Of a DNA stretch of 64,000 nt, positions 16,360 to 30,633 are shown one piece after another. The stretch's first letter is position 1; every line of letters starts with the position of its first letter. The DNA comes from Eledone cirrhosa. Taxonomy: Eukaryota. The notes under the pieces are model-generated. The model was given only the letters and a program-made list of their open reading frames with translations, did not search any database and was not told where the DNA came from. Made by a program: the position numbers and the translations under genes. Location of the stretch: positions 347,076,001 to 347,140,000 of the forward strand of contig OZ024743.1 of assembly GCA_964016885.1 (NCBI GenBank), in the 5' to 3' direction.

Positions 16360-17072
16360 ACATACATACATACATGTTGGCTGCAAATTCTGCTAAGAGT
16401 ATTGCAATCGGTTGTCGGATTCAGATGTGTGACGCTCGGATATGGCTTTTCAAGCCTGCTAGAGACTTGTACTCCTTCTCACATTGATGACAACTATGAA
16501 TCTCTCTGGTCTCAGGTCTTACGTCAGGTTGCCTGTGAACCTTTACAATACCGCGGAGATCATAGTACACTGGTTCTCTTGAACATGGCTGCGACTGTGG
16601 CTCCTGAGACCAGATTTGCTCAAGCAAATTTTTCCAAACTCAGGGCTCTTCATTTTAATGGAGACACCGATCGCTTCGAGAGATACACCAGGGCATTGCT
16701 TACGCACATCCTGTTTGATCTTCTTGTGCTCTATGCGTCTGTCCTCAAAATCATGGACTCCTGCATTCACCATTCGACGCCAAGATTCTCTTTCAAGACC
16801 CGCTATCTCCCAGTCAGCCATCATCAAACCAGTTTCTTTCAATAAGTCTTTACATAATTGTTGAATCGGAGCCTTGGCTTGTGAGGTGGTCTCTTACCCT
16901 TACAAAGTTCGCCCTACAACAGTTGTTTTGGGATTCGATCATCCTCTATTCTGCGCCGTTGATGGATGATAATCTCAGTGCTGAGACACGCAGACCAACT
17001 TCTGCATCCAGAGAGCAGGACACACTCAGTGTATTCCCCAAATACACGAATCTGTCAGCAACCGTTAGCTTT
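16360..17072 (-). mobile_element. RTE-clade LINE 3' fragment, internally deleted
   Basis: RFVYLGNTLS..LDAEV, WEIAGLERESWRRMV, and two C2H2-like remnants (KICLSKSGLRSHSRSH; CHQCEKEYKSLAGLKSHIRASH). Tail GCAGCCAAC(ATGT)n. Confidence 0.85.
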
Positions 17073-17109
17073 TGACCGTATACATACATACTTACATACA
17101 TACATACAT

Positions 17110-17420
17110 AGTGACACTCCGTCGGTTACGACGACGAGTGTTCCAAATTATCCGATCAACGGAACATCCTGCTCATGAAATTGAAGTTCAAGTGGCAGAG
17201 CATTCCACAGAAACACGTACCCTTAGCGTAGTTCTCTGGGAGATTCAGTGTGACACTGAAAGTGACAGGGCTAGCCCTTCGAATTACAGCTACAACTCAT
17301 TTTTGCCAGCTGAGTGGAATAAAGTGTCTTGTCCAAGGATACAAAGCGCTGCCGAAACTTGAACTCAATACATTTCGATTGTGATCCAAATACCCTAAAC
17401 ACGAAGCCACGCCCCTTCAC
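17110..17420 (-). mobile_element. tRNA-derived SINE (second family) with a TATG tail
   Basis: Minus strand: GGGGCGTGGCTTCGTG head, GAGTTCAAG B-box-like motif, TCCTTGGACAAGACACTT core, and end GTCGTAACCGACGGAGTGTCAC(TATG)n. Confidence 0.75.
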
Positions 17421-18189
17421 ATACATACACACATACACACATACATACATATATATACATACATACTTACATACTAACATATAAAACGGTTGCATCTCGC
17501 TTTCGATTATTGCTTCACTTGAACCATCTCTGACATATGGGTGGCATGAATGTCACTTTTTAATCCCACTGAGGGTTTACATTTTTTTCTACATATGCTG
17601 CATTAAAAGAAGAAGAAATCCCTTTTCGGCTATGCGCATGCAACACACATATAAGGCATTTAGATCAGAGATGCCTGTGATTCGCTCTCTAAATAATGAT
17701 ACCAGATATCCAAAACGAAGAGCAGGTCAACATCATTGGCAGTCTACGTGTCGCAGGTTTTATATCAGAGATTTCCTCCTCCTAGAATGATGTTCTAACA
17801 CGGACCTCGGGCATCTCATTCGAGGTGGGCTAAACCCATGGTTTGGCACCAAGTCGAGTACAGACATATCCCCACACATACATATAAATGTGTAATTAAA
17901 GATAAGTCTTTTAGATACATAGATCAATAAAAAAAAATGGAATAAATGAATTTTTTACACGGGAAGTGTTTGTTATTTTATATGATTTGGTTGACAATAA
18001 CCTCCATAATTTACGGGTATTCATAGTTTAGATGAGTACTGCAGTTTCCATTTCTCATATTCAATTCACAATTTATTGTTCAACCTGGAATTTTAAAAGG
18101 CCATTGTTCCAGATGCTACTGCGCAGTATTTTCGAAACAGAAATCACAGTTTTGCGAAAAGAACTTCTTAACCACATAGCTGTATTTCG

Positions 18190-18401
18190 ATAGTCGATCG
18201 ACTTTCGTCAAATCGGCCCGAGGAAACAATGTTTCCGTTGGTCTTTCCAATTGCTAATACTATCCATCGGTCGCAACTCCAGGTAGAAGGAGCAACGTGA
18301 AGTAAAGTGTCTTGCCCAAAGACATAACGCATCTCCCGGTCAGGGAATCGAAGTCACAAACTTACGATTGCGAATTCACTTCTCTAACCATTCAGCCACG
18401 C
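18190..18401 (-). mobile_element. tRNA-derived SINE, same family as 2741-3020
   Basis: Reverse complement of ~2810-3020 over the whole length. Confidence 0.85.
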
Positions 18402-19329
18402 TGTATTTGCATATATAATTATGAGTTTTCACTTGTCACATTAACGCTATGGTATTTACTAACACAAATTGATTTGGTAATTCTTTGTAATCTTTCGGTC
18501 AAATAAACGAGGGAACAGATTTTTATAATTTGACCAACTTTTGTATGCTTATGATACCTAATGGGTCAATAGAGGCATATCAATCAGTACTTTGATTTGG
18601 TAATCAAGAAGCAACTAGGAAATATAAATGATTTTGTCAAATATTGCAGCATTTCTATTTAAAGAACCAGAGGGAATTTTTATTTTGATTCCTATTTATC
18701 CTTACTACATAAGAATTGTTATAAATAATATACTGAATATTGTACAGAAAATCAATTGAAATGATCTCCCCTTTTCCTTTGAAACCTGATAACAATTTCT
18801 ACTAGGCTTGTCATTTTATTTATATTTATATATTGGTTGGACATATTGCCTGCAGAATCACATTATAGGTCAAGTTTTGGATAAACTACTTATTTATCTG
18901 GAATGAAGCGAAGTATTTTTCCTTGAATTTATTCTGCGACAACGTAACTGTATAGTTACAAAAGTTGGTTCGTTCTGAGAATTAAATGTTTTAACTATTT
19001 CGATTCTTCAGAGCCCAGAAGTTATCAAGGCCGGTAAAGAAACGGTAAAATTTTGAAGTTCCCTCCAAATATCCCTAAATGGATGAATATGATTGTTATC
19101 TTCAATGGATGAATATGATTGTTATCTTCAAAATTCCTTGATTTTTCTTATTTCAGACGAATATCTAATTTATTCAGATATTTTGGACGCATAATAATGA
19201 TTTCCAAATACATATTAGGTATCGGTGAGTTCAAAGTTGGATTCTGTTTTTATTATCAGTTGGTGAAATAACAAATTTTCTGTGCTGTCAAGCATGAACA
19301 CCACAAACATTATATGGGTATCGCTATAA

Positions 19330-20570
19330 AAAGGATGGAGATCACAGAGAACGTATTGATATCACAGGAGGGACAGTGACATCGCGAAAATGGCAGAGAC
19401 GGCAAAATGAAGTCTTGTTTATCGGGGAAAAGACATGGGCATATCAAGAAAGTCGTGCATATCATGATAAGACAGGGTCATAACAGAGAAGCCGTGGACA
19501 TCACAGGAAAGTAACGGAATTAAAAGAAACACGGGCACATCTCAACAAAGAAGAAAGAAATGAGACATCACAAGCAAAACGTGCACATCATATGAAGTAA
19601 TAAAGGACAATAACTCAATACCAGTTCGGGGATATCACAAGAAAGAAGGAATAGAGCGACATCACAATGAAGCAAGGATATCGCAGGTAAGATATGGATA
19701 TATTACGAACGACATGAACATTATATGAAAAACATGCATATCACAGGTTAGACGTGGATTTCACAGAAAAATCATGGATATCACGTTAAAGACATCCCAG
19801 AAACATTAGGGAGGACTGAGGAAATATAGTAATATCATGAGAAAGTTATGGTTATAAAAAAAAAGACACAAACTTGACAGAAAATATCTGAATATCATAT
19901 AAAAGACAGAGATATCACAAGATCATGGATATGAGTAAATGAATATGGAGATAATAAAAGATAACAAAGAGACCACACGAGAAAGGACATAACAGGATAA
20001 ACAAGGACATCGAAGAAAACAAACCACCAAGAAACATAGACATGACAGAAAATACATGGAGATACTAGACAGACACTTTACTAAAAGACAGAGCATTTCA
20101 ACGAAGAGAGGGACTTGACAGAACAGATAAGGTCTTCATTAAAATGGCAAGAGTGTCCCAAATAGGCATGTGCATCATGAAAAAAAAAAACAGGTGCATC
20201 AAAGCAAAGACATGAATGTCAACGGAAAGACGGGGATATCACATAAAATAAGTGATATCACCAGAAAAACAGGGATATCACAATAAAAGAGGGAACCCCT
20301 AGGAAATACATGGACAATGCATGGAATACAGGGAAATGGCCGGAATGACATGTACATCGCATGAAAATCGTGGATATTGCATGAACGACATGAACATCAC
20401 AGGTAAGACACGTATATAGCAAGAAAGAAATGGACATTTAAAGAAAGACAGATGCATCACAAAAAAGAAATTGATATAATAGGAGAATCAATGACGTTAC
20501 AAAATAGTATCATATATCATAAAATGAAACAGGAACATTGACACAACAAAACAGATATTAACATTACAAG
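19330..20570 (+). repeat. Highly degenerate ~20-bp minisatellite (consensus approx. CATGGAYATCACAGGAAAGA)
   Basis: Recurrent GAYATCAC/GCATATCA words at roughly 20-bp spacing over ~1.2 kb; purine-rich strand. Confidence 0.7.
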
Positions 20571-20939
20571 AAAAATAAAAGTACTTCAACCTATGCAAAC
20601 ACACGCAATATATAGGGCTTTCTCATCTGGCTGAAATTAAATAATTCAATTATTTTTTTTAGACTGGCTGCTTTCATTGTTAATTTATTATATGCAGCTC
20701 AAAGGGATGAAAGGCAATGTTTAACCTCGATCGGATTTGAACACAGAACGTAAAGAGTCAGAACAAGTGCCGCAATGAAATTTTATCCGAGTGTCTACAT
20801 ATTGGCAGTATCGGTAGAGGGTCGGACGCCATGCAAATCTACAAAATATTGAAAAAGTATTGCAATTTTAGATAAGTACTTCGATGCAATAATAAGACCA
20901 GATTAAAATTCTAGGTGAAGCGTCATTATTGTTACTTTA

Positions 20940-21267
20940 TGGTTTGAGTTCAAATCCTGCCGAAGTTAACTTTGCCTTTCATCCTTACGGGGTCGATAAA
21001 ATAAAGTACCAGTAATACACTGGGATAATTGCTGGCCTTGTGCCAAAAGTAGAAATAATTATTATTACTTTGTATAACACGATAATTGTTTCTACTTTTG
21101 GCACAGGGCCATCAATTACCCAGTACATTACTGGTACTTTATTTTATCCACCCCGTAAGGATGAAAGGCAAAGTTAACCTCGGCGGGATTTGAACTCAGA
21201 CCGCAAAGGGATGTAACTATGCTGGAAAGCATGGCGTCCGACCCTCTACCGATACTACCAATTCACC
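20940..21267. mobile_element. Tail-to-tail pair of GGTGGATTGGCAG-family SINEs (+ 20940-21065; - 21083-21267)
   Basis: Both carry the GAGTTCAAATCC B box and the GCCTTTCATCCTTACGGGG core. Confidence 0.9.
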
Positions 21268-22889
21268 AATGAAACACAAAACAAAACAGAAATATATTCC
21301 TATCATGAACCAATCTTGTCCATATGGTGCCCTCTCCCACGTTGTAGAATATGTCACCAACGCCTTAAAATATTTTATACAAATGTTCTTGGCTGAGTCG
21401 TATTATATATCATATATCGATTTGTATATAAAAATACACATATATATATATTTATAAACGTATGTTCAGACACACTGAATTAATATATATATATATACAT
21501 ACACACGCACACACACTCTTATATCTGTACATATATATATATATATATAAAGTTTAATTGTTTATACAGTGTGTGGGGCGTCTGTATGTCAGATATAAAA
21601 TATTTAATATTATAGTTGATAAGAATATCAATACCCCAATGGACAATGACAGAAACTAAACCCGAAAATCAATAACAGCAATTACGATGGCGACAGCGAA
21701 GACGATGATGATGATGTCGGTGGTGTTGATGATGACGATGTTGTCGTTAATAATATTAGTGAGTATGATGATGAATATGGGAACACGAGGCTAACACAAA
21801 GGCAAACATGACGACAAATAATTTGGGGTTTACATATATAAACAAAATGTAAATCTTAAAATACAATGTAAAAACAATGTAAAGACAAGGTCCAACGTGA
21901 GAAATTCATATTAATTTGTTCGTGTTGTATAATCCTTTCTAACGCCTGGTCAAACATACATTTCATGAAATAATATCCTAACTACGACTCCCCACCTTCA
22001 TTGATTTCAGACATACTGTGTATAGAAACACATTTTGTGTCCTTTCATTGCTGATATTGTAGGACAAAAATAAGCATTGTTTTTTAACAGCCCATTTCGA
22101 TATTATTTTAGTTTCGTCTATCGTTCATATGTATACGATATCATATCGTGCATATAAGCATTTGAAAAGGTCTGATAGAATAAAAGAAAACGTCACAAAT
22201 CACACAAACTACACGATGACTAGCACCGCATATAATATTCCTTGCACTTCCCTATGCTACAACGCAAACAGTAAAATTCATCAAGAAACATAACAATGTG
22301 ATAACAAGAAAAAATTGATTATAGTTCACTAACAGGAAGAGTCTATACTTTTCCGACTCTTCATGAAAAAGGACAAAGAAAGCTGCGAACAGCCCAGGAA
22401 TAATGAAATGCACATAGTGATTCAAAAGAGGCTCGCATGAAACCATTGAAGATAATAATAATAGTACTTTTAAAATTGGTAGAAGGTCAGCAATTTGGTG
22501 AAAGGGAAAGCTCGATTATATCGACCCCAGTACTTAAGGGGAACATAATTATTAATCCCGGAACGATCCAATTCGAAGTTGAACTACATGGAATATAAAA
22601 TCAGAGGTACAAAAACGTTTCTAAATACGACGAAGCATTTTGTCCAACGAGTTAACGATACTGCTAATGAACCATTCGATAATAAGGATTTCTAATTTAT
22701 ACAGAAGGGCAGCAATTTGAGGGAGGGGTAGTCGAATATATTAAGTCCCAGCTTTTGTTGGTACTTCATTTTATCAAGTGTAGTAGGAGGAAAGGAAAAT
22801 GTTCCCTCGTTGTGGTTTGAATTCAAAACGAAAATCCACACGCATCTGTCTCGAATCGTCAAATGCGAATTGTATTTTTTTTAATACGC

Positions 22890-23975
22890 TGCTCCTCCAC
22901 TACGCGTGCCCCTCGAATAGTTTTGTTCCCCCGTTTCTTGGATTTCGGGCCTTAGCTCAAACAATGCAACCGTTACCTATTGCCTTCGGTCAGTACTTGC
23001 AGAACCGTCTCGGTTTGGAGACGGATGTGGTCCGGGATTTTTCTGAGGTCCTCAGTCTGATCTGGAGAATTATCTCCAGATCACCCTCGGACCGGTCCTC
23101 CCTGGCTCTTCTGGTTGCCTTGATCGGGACGGCATCTATCCTCTCCACAATGACGCATCCCAGAAAACACCACATATCTAAACCTGGTGGAATCTTGGTA
23201 ATGGTAACTTTAAGACTTCTTTTTTCAGTGTGGGAGGGGTACATAGTGACCTTGCTTGTTTTGCAAGGGTCACTTAGTGTTTTATATCGAGGGATTCTGA
23301 CTGAAACAGCCCCGAGATAGTGCCGTATTGTCTGCCCTTCGCTACGTATTCTGTGTTGTCTCTGATGGACCTCAGTGCAGCTTCGACTTCTGCCTGGGGA
23401 ATGTTGGTCGCCTTTTTCGTCTCTACTGAGATGCAGCTTAAGACCGCAGTTCTCTACATCTATAGCCTCTGCCGGTACTGTAAAATTGGCGCATATTGTT
23501 CTTGTTTAATGAGCTTCCAGGCCTGGGCCAACCTTTTCTCTTTTTGTGTCAGGTCCATGCTAAAGCATGGATTTATTTTGGGCGCTGCAGCAGAGAAAGC
23601 GTTCTCTTTGTTCGCAATGCTGTTGTTGGTGACATTGTTGTCGTTGCTCTTGTTGTTGTTGCTGGTGGTGGTGGTTTTGTTGTTGGTGTTCTTATTGTTG
23701 CAGTTGGTTTGGTGGTGGTGTTCTTGGTGCAGTTGTTGTTGTTGTTGTTGACGAAGTTGCAGCTGGTGTTGGTATTGTTGTTCCTTTTTGATGTTGGTTT
23801 TGATGTTATCTTTGTTCATGTTGTTTTTTGGTGGTGGTGTCGCCAATATCGTTGTTGGTATTGATATTGTTGTTGTTCTGTTAGTAATTATATTATCCAT
23901 AATGATAGTACTGGCGGGGAAGGTGTTTTTGATCTCAACATTTAAGCCGCTGTCACATGACAGATGACGCAACAA
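22890..23975 (-). mobile_element. ORF1 remnant of a second Tx1-clade family
   Basis: An N/Q/T-rich N-terminus followed by ..AEVEAAL..KGRQYGTI.. and YPSHTEKRSLKVTITKIPPGLD, which align by eye with AQIQKAL..RGRMYAIA and VPSYCGQKIVRVKVTQVPPDLP of ORF1 at 31221-31813. Confidence 0.7.
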
Positions 23976-23983
23976 TAATTGAA

Positions 23984-26978
23984 TGGATGAAAGGTAAAGT
24001 TAACCTCGGCGGGATTTGAACTCAGACAGTAAAGGGGCGTAACTCTGTGTTGGAAAGCATGGCGTCTGACCCTCTACCGATGTAAGTAAAATCCAGCATT
24101 TAAGGAGTGTACAGTAGATTATATAGAAAAATCAGTACTTGACTGACACCCTGTTTTATCTCCCACGTAATGAAAGACAATGTGAACACAATACCATTCG
24201 GCATTTTGTACTTACATTTTGATAATTTATTTAACGAAACCGCAATTATAAACAACAAGTAGCTATTTATTACATTGCCACAAAGATGCCGAACAGGGCG
24301 TGATTACAATAACTCGTTTACACCAAAGGGGAACACAAATCTCTCTGAGCAATATCATTCAAATAGTATGTAATATCATGTGCTGTGCAATCTATGTGAA
24401 AAGCGGACACCAAAGGATCTTATATGCTTTCTTTAAAGCCTTAAAGCAAATTCTAATAAACCCTTAAAGCAAAATCAATAACAGCAGGGATCACTTTAAT
24501 ATTATCGGATACTAGTGGTTATCATCAGCATATCACCACTATGAGCACAAACACAACCACCACCACCACCACCAACAACAACAGCAACGATAACAACTCC
24601 ATCCTCTTTTCCCCCATTATCGATGGATTGGCAGTATCGGTAGATACTTTCCAGCACAGAGTTACGTCCCTTTACGCACTGAGTTCAAATCCCGCCGAGG
24701 TTAACTTTGCCTTTCATCTTACGGGGTCGATGAAATAAAGTAGCAGTAATGTACTGAGTAATTGCTGGCCTTGTGCCAAAAGTAGAAACAATAATCTTGT
24801 AGATCATTATCATTGTTCTCAATATTATCTCCCCAATCAGACTCCTCAGATTCTCACTCCTCCTTCTACACTGCCTCACCTACTCTTCCTTCTCCTCATC
24901 ATTTCCCTTATTTACCATAAACCACCCGACCCAAATATATATTTGTATGTGCGTGTGTGTGTGTGTATGCGTGTGTGTGTGTTTACGTATCTATGTCTCT
25001 ATGTATGTGTATTGGCCATAAACCACCCGACCCAAATATATATTTGTATGTGCGTGTGTGTGTGTGTATGCGTGTGTGTGTGTTTACGTATCTATGTCTC
25101 TATGTATGTGTATTGGCCATAAACCACCCGACCCAAATATATATTTGTATGTGTGTGTGTGTTTACGTATCTATGTCTGTATGTATGTGTAATCATAAAC
25201 TTGTATAAGTACTTTATTAGTTCAGTATATAAAATGCATTGGTCATACGTATCTAGTTATAGAACCATAAATAATATATATTACATATGCTACATATGGT
25301 ATGAAGATTTTCTATTTCAGATGAAGAGATATCGGTTTACAAGCCTACGTCCTGGTGTCAAAGCCAGCCGCCACATATTGAAAACAATCTAGTTTTTGTA
25401 GATACATATATACAGGCACACAAACACACATATACTCTCTCTCCCTCTCTCTCTCCCTCTCTCTCTCTATCTCTCTCTCACACACACACACATATATACA
25501 CACACACACACACATACACACACACACGTATATATATATAGCGGTATGTTTAGGAAGCCGGACAATGCAAGGGGTTAGAATTACCAACGCAACAAGGCGG
25601 AAGGAAATTGAGACAGGTGAGTTAGATGGCAGTGGGAGAAGGAGGAAAATAAAAGGAAAAGCATGATTGAAATTTACCTTGGTAATTTATTAATCTAAAA
25701 TTTTCAGAGTTACCAGGGGACTGGAAGAATTGGTAGAGGGTTGGACGCCATGCTTTGCAGCAAAGAGTTACGGCCCTTTACGGACTGAGTTCAAATCCCG
25801 CCGAGATTAACTTTGCCTTTCATCCTTACGGGGTCGATAAAATAAAGTACCAGTAATACACTGAGATAATTGCTGGCCTTGTGCCAAAAGAAGAAACAAT
25901 TATTAAGGGGTTCGTCGGGGGTGGAGTGCGTCGGAGATATCGGAGATTGTTTTCCTGATCAGTCACTGTTTCTTTATTTTTTCTTTAAATTTCAGTTGTG
26001 TTAGGATTAAACATGCGCATGCGCGTAGCAGCTCGGTTTGGGCTGTTTGGATATCAATATACAGAGGAAATATTTGGTGTCTAATAAATTACTGAGGCAA
26101 CATTCAGACATTATTGTCCTTTTATTTTCCTCCTTTCTCCCAAATTTTGCTTTGTAATTTACCTCTCTCAATTCCCTTCCATCTTGTTGTCTTGGTAATT
26201 CTACTTCCACAGTACGGCTTCCTAAACATATCCACTGTTCCTCTCATATTTGTCTTTGCTTGAAAGGAAACTATTAGCTTCCACGCACACACACACGCAC
26301 ATATTAGCTTCCTCGCACACACACAAACACACACACGCACATATATTTATATAATTTTAATAATTGTTTCTACTTTTGGCACAAGGCCTGCAATTACGCC
26401 AGTGCATTACTGGTACTTTATTCTTTCGAGCCCATAAGGATGAAATGCAAAGTTAACCTAGGCAGGATTTGAACTCAGAATGTAATGGGCCATAACTTTA
26501 TGCTGCAAAGCATAGTATTGACGCTCTAACGATACTGCCAAAATAATTGTTTCTACTTTAGGCACAAGGCCAGCAATTATCCAGTGCATTACTGGTACTT
26601 TATTTTATCGACCCCGTAAGGATGAAAGGCAAAGTCAGCCTCGGCGGGATTTGAACTCAGATCGTAAAGGGACGTAACTATGCTGTAAAGCATGGCGTCC
26701 GACCCTCTACCAAAATAATAATAATTGTTTCCAATTTAGGCTCAATGCCAGAAACCTGAAGCGAAGGGGAAAATCAATTAAATCGACCCGAGTGCATTAT
26801 AATAATTGTTTCTACATTTGGCACAAGGCCAGCAATTACCCAGTGTACTTTATTTTATCGGCCCCATAAGGATGAAACGCAAAGTTAACCTCGGCAGGAT
26901 TTGAACTCAGAATGACAAGGGCCGTAACTCTATGCGTCAAAGCATGGCGCCCGACCATCTGCCGATACTGCCAATCCA
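23984..26978. mobile_element. Cluster of GGTGGATTGGCAG-family SINEs (23984-24082 -, 24623-24795 +, 25720-25903 +, 26360-26540 -, 26543-26712 -, 26720-26800 - partial, 26801-26978 -)
   Basis: Each copy has the shared B box, core and/or GGCCTTGTGCC..GTAGAAACAATTATT tail. Confidence 0.9.
24915..25190 (+). repeat. 101-bp tandem repeat, ~2.7 copies
   Basis: CCATAAACCACCCGACCCAAATATAT recurs at 24915, 25016 and 25117. Confidence 0.95.
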
Positions 26979-27269
26979 TTATAATAAGTGGTTATTGACT
27001 ATATACAGTTACAGAAGTTTCACAGATGGATTGCTCAGGATCTATGTCAATGCTATAGAACCTGCTCCACCCGATCTGCTCTTGTTAATACTTGTTAATA
27101 AAGTAAAACCGATATAATCTCTTTAATGAGATCGGACTGGAGTCGGGTCCATAGCATTTATATAGATCCTAAGCCACCCATCTGAGAATGGGTTGTAACT
27201 GCGTATAGTCATTAAAGACCTTCATGTGAAATCCCAATTTGTTTATATATATATATATATATATATATA

Positions 27270-27920
<651 letters not shown>

Positions 27921-27942
27921 GTATATATATATGTTAAAAACA

Positions 27943-28089
<147 letters not shown>

Positions 28090-28090
28090 T

Positions 28091-28820
28091 GTAGGCTTAA
28101 AAATAAGAAGAAAGCAAGAACAGGAGAAGTTTTCCTCACCAGTTGTCTACTGCGGGTCTCGGATATTTCTACGCATTAAAGACAAGATATCTACCCCCAA
28201 TGCGTTCAATAACGTTAACGGTAAGTTATTAGGAAAACATATATAGAATAACAGATGGGAAAAGGGAAGAAAAACAGCGAAAACGAAAAAAAAAGGGGAA
28301 ACAACAAACCGAAGAGTGTGTGAGTAACTCGAAGAGAGAAAATTGAAATCCACGACGATTATTGAACATAAGTTCTAGATTGTGCGGACGAACAAAACGA
28401 CACGTCCGACCCCTGCGAGTGTGAGTGAGAAAAGGACTGCTAGAAGGACAGGCGAGGGAAACAATGAGGTGGTTAGCAGAGAGAGGGTGAGTGAATGTGA
28501 GAAGGAGAAAAGGAGAGAAAGAAAGAGGAGGAAGTAGATAGCAACAAAATAGGTAGGTAGAAGGAGAGAGAAGACGGGTCACAGCGAAACATGATAAAAT
28601 ATATGAAGAAGAGAAGTGGCCGTGTAGTTGCTAGATAAGGTAGGCTTAAAAATAGAAGTTTTCCTCATCAGTTGTCTGTTGGGGTCTCGGGTATTTCTAC
28701 GCATTAAAGACAAGATATCTACCCCCCAGTGCTGTTCTTCTATTTTCTCTTTTCTTCCCTTTTCCCTTCTGTTATGCTATATTTGTTTTCCCAATAACTT
28801 ATCTAGTTATTGAACGCACT
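28091..28820 (-). mobile_element. PLE-like non-coding remnant with direct and inverted terminal segments
   Basis: 28091-28200 is repeated at 28640-28728, and 28200-28280 is inverted at 28740-28818. It shares motifs (GACGGGTCACAGCG, CTGATGA.GA.AA) with 38700-39490 and 49896-50577. Confidence 0.55.
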
Positions 28821-29033
28821 AAGGCGTCGGAGTCCTGAATATTTTCATATTAACCAGTCTACTATCCCAGCTATCGGATACTCATGTGAGTAATGATATA
28901 ACTGGTTTTTACCGCCTCCTTTCTGATATATATATTAAATAAATGGTTCAAATTATCCCTGGATAACTTGAACCGTTAAGGTATATTATCCTTGGTTATG
29001 TCAAAATTTATAAAACATTTTGTATTTTATTTG

Positions 29034-29092
29034 TATTTTATCTGATGATAGCGTACCAATTTTGGTACCCTTGAAATATATATAATAGAATA
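29034..29092 (+). ncRNA. Type I hammerhead ribozyme (family shared with 44622 and 54643) in a solo PLE terminal repeat ~28940-29290
   Basis: TATTTTAT-CTGATGA-..GTACCA-attt-TGGTAC..-GAAA-TATATA-TA-ATAGAATA. Confidence 0.75.
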
Positions 29093-29309
29093 AATATGGT
29101 TTTATAAATATAGTTCCATTTATTTAATATCATTGTATATTATACTCCAGAAAACTTGTAAAGTGCTCCGAATCAGTTATAAACATTTATATTTGTTGAA
29201 TTACCAACAAATTGAGTATCCCTTCTGCTTATATATATATCAGTTATAAAAATATTTGCTTGTTGTATCCCAACAATTTAAATAGAACTTTTGCATATAT
29301 ATATGCTTT

Positions 29310-30178
29310 GTAAGGTTTTTTTATATGAAATCGTGTGTTGAAACAAATATTGTTATATTTGGGGAGAGTCATATTGTTATAATATTGCCAGAAATAATAA
29401 TAGAACACACTCACTCTTTGGTTTGGATTTGTTTCGCTTCTTTATCTTTTATATCTTTATAGTTAATTTATCTGGCACTCAATGTTTATCATTCATTGAC
29501 CAACGGTTAAAAACACAGATATAAATATATATATATATAGACTATCAAATTTATTTCGTCACACATAAGTGACATCAACAGTGGTACTATTATGTTTCAT
29601 TCCCTTGTATTGTAATGTCTACGCCATTTTTGTTTTATTTATTTATTTATTTATTCTTGTCTCTGTCTCTGTTTGCGCATGCGTTTGCGCGTGTGTTTTC
29701 TGTTTGGTGTATGTGTTCGTGTTTGTGTCTATGTGTTTTCGTATCCTATATTGTTCACTAGCGTGTGCTTATGTGTGTTTGTTGTTATTGTACTTATGTA
29801 TATATTTGTTTAATTTATTTATTTTTCCCTTAGGTGAGTATTATGTGTTTTGGTATGGTTGTTATTTTATTCCATTCGTTTTTTCTGTTCAACTTTTGTT
29901 TACTTAGTTCTATTTCAGTTGCATCTCTCATTTGCCTACCTGTTGAGTCATTTCTATGTTTAGATATTATTTGATTTTATATGTTGTCTATATTACCATC
30001 TTGTCTTTGTCTGGCGTGTTCATATAGAACTAAACCATTTTTTATTTGTCCTTTTAGTTCCCCCCAGTGTTGGTCTATTGTGTCTCCTATGCTTCCAGCT
30101 GTCTCACCCATGTATGTCGTTGTCATGTTTCTGCAAGTACCCTTTGTACATCTTATGCTATAGACTGCATATCTAGTT
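29310..30178 (-). mobile_element. PLE 3' fragment (GIY-YIG plus 3'UTR)
   Basis: Minus strand ~30175-29980 reads YAVYSIRCTKGTCRNMTTTYMGETAGSIGDTIDQHW..LYEHAR. Its terminal segment 29350-29397 recurs inverted at 36468-36515. Confidence 0.75.
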
Positions 30179-30184
30179 TATTTC

Positions 30185-30420
30185 GGTGGATTGGCAGTAT
30201 CGGTAGAGGGCCGGACGCCATGCTTTGACGCATAGAGTTACGGTCCTTTATGATCTGAGCTCAAATCCCGCCGAGGTTAACTTTGCCTTTCATCCTTACG
30301 GGGTCGATAACATAAAGTACCAGTCACGCACTGGGGTCGATTTAATCGACTTTCCCCTCCCTAAAATTGCTGACCTTGTGCCTATGTAAGAAACAATTAT
30401 TATTATTATTATTATTATTG
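30185..30420 (+). mobile_element. Full-length GGTGGATTGGCAG-family SINE with (ATT)n tail
   Basis: Head, B box, core and tail all present. Confidence 0.92.
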
Positions 30421-30633
30421 AAGGTGAAGCCACGCTTATCGCCTCCAGTTTTTTTTTTCAGCAGTTTACCTCGTCTTCAACCGTTCTAAACTTTTTATTC
30501 AAGTTTTAAACTTGATAAAAGTTTAGAATAAGTGACCCACCTAATACAGGGGTTAACTCTTAAATAATACGGCACCCTTTTACGGGGTGTCGTATTGTGT
30601 AAGAATATTATTTGAAAAAAAATTTCTTTCAAC

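Noticed and set aside
19330-20570. CRISPR-like periodicity
   Set aside because: No conserved repeat with unique spacers, eukaryotic context and no cas genes; it is a degenerate minisatellite.
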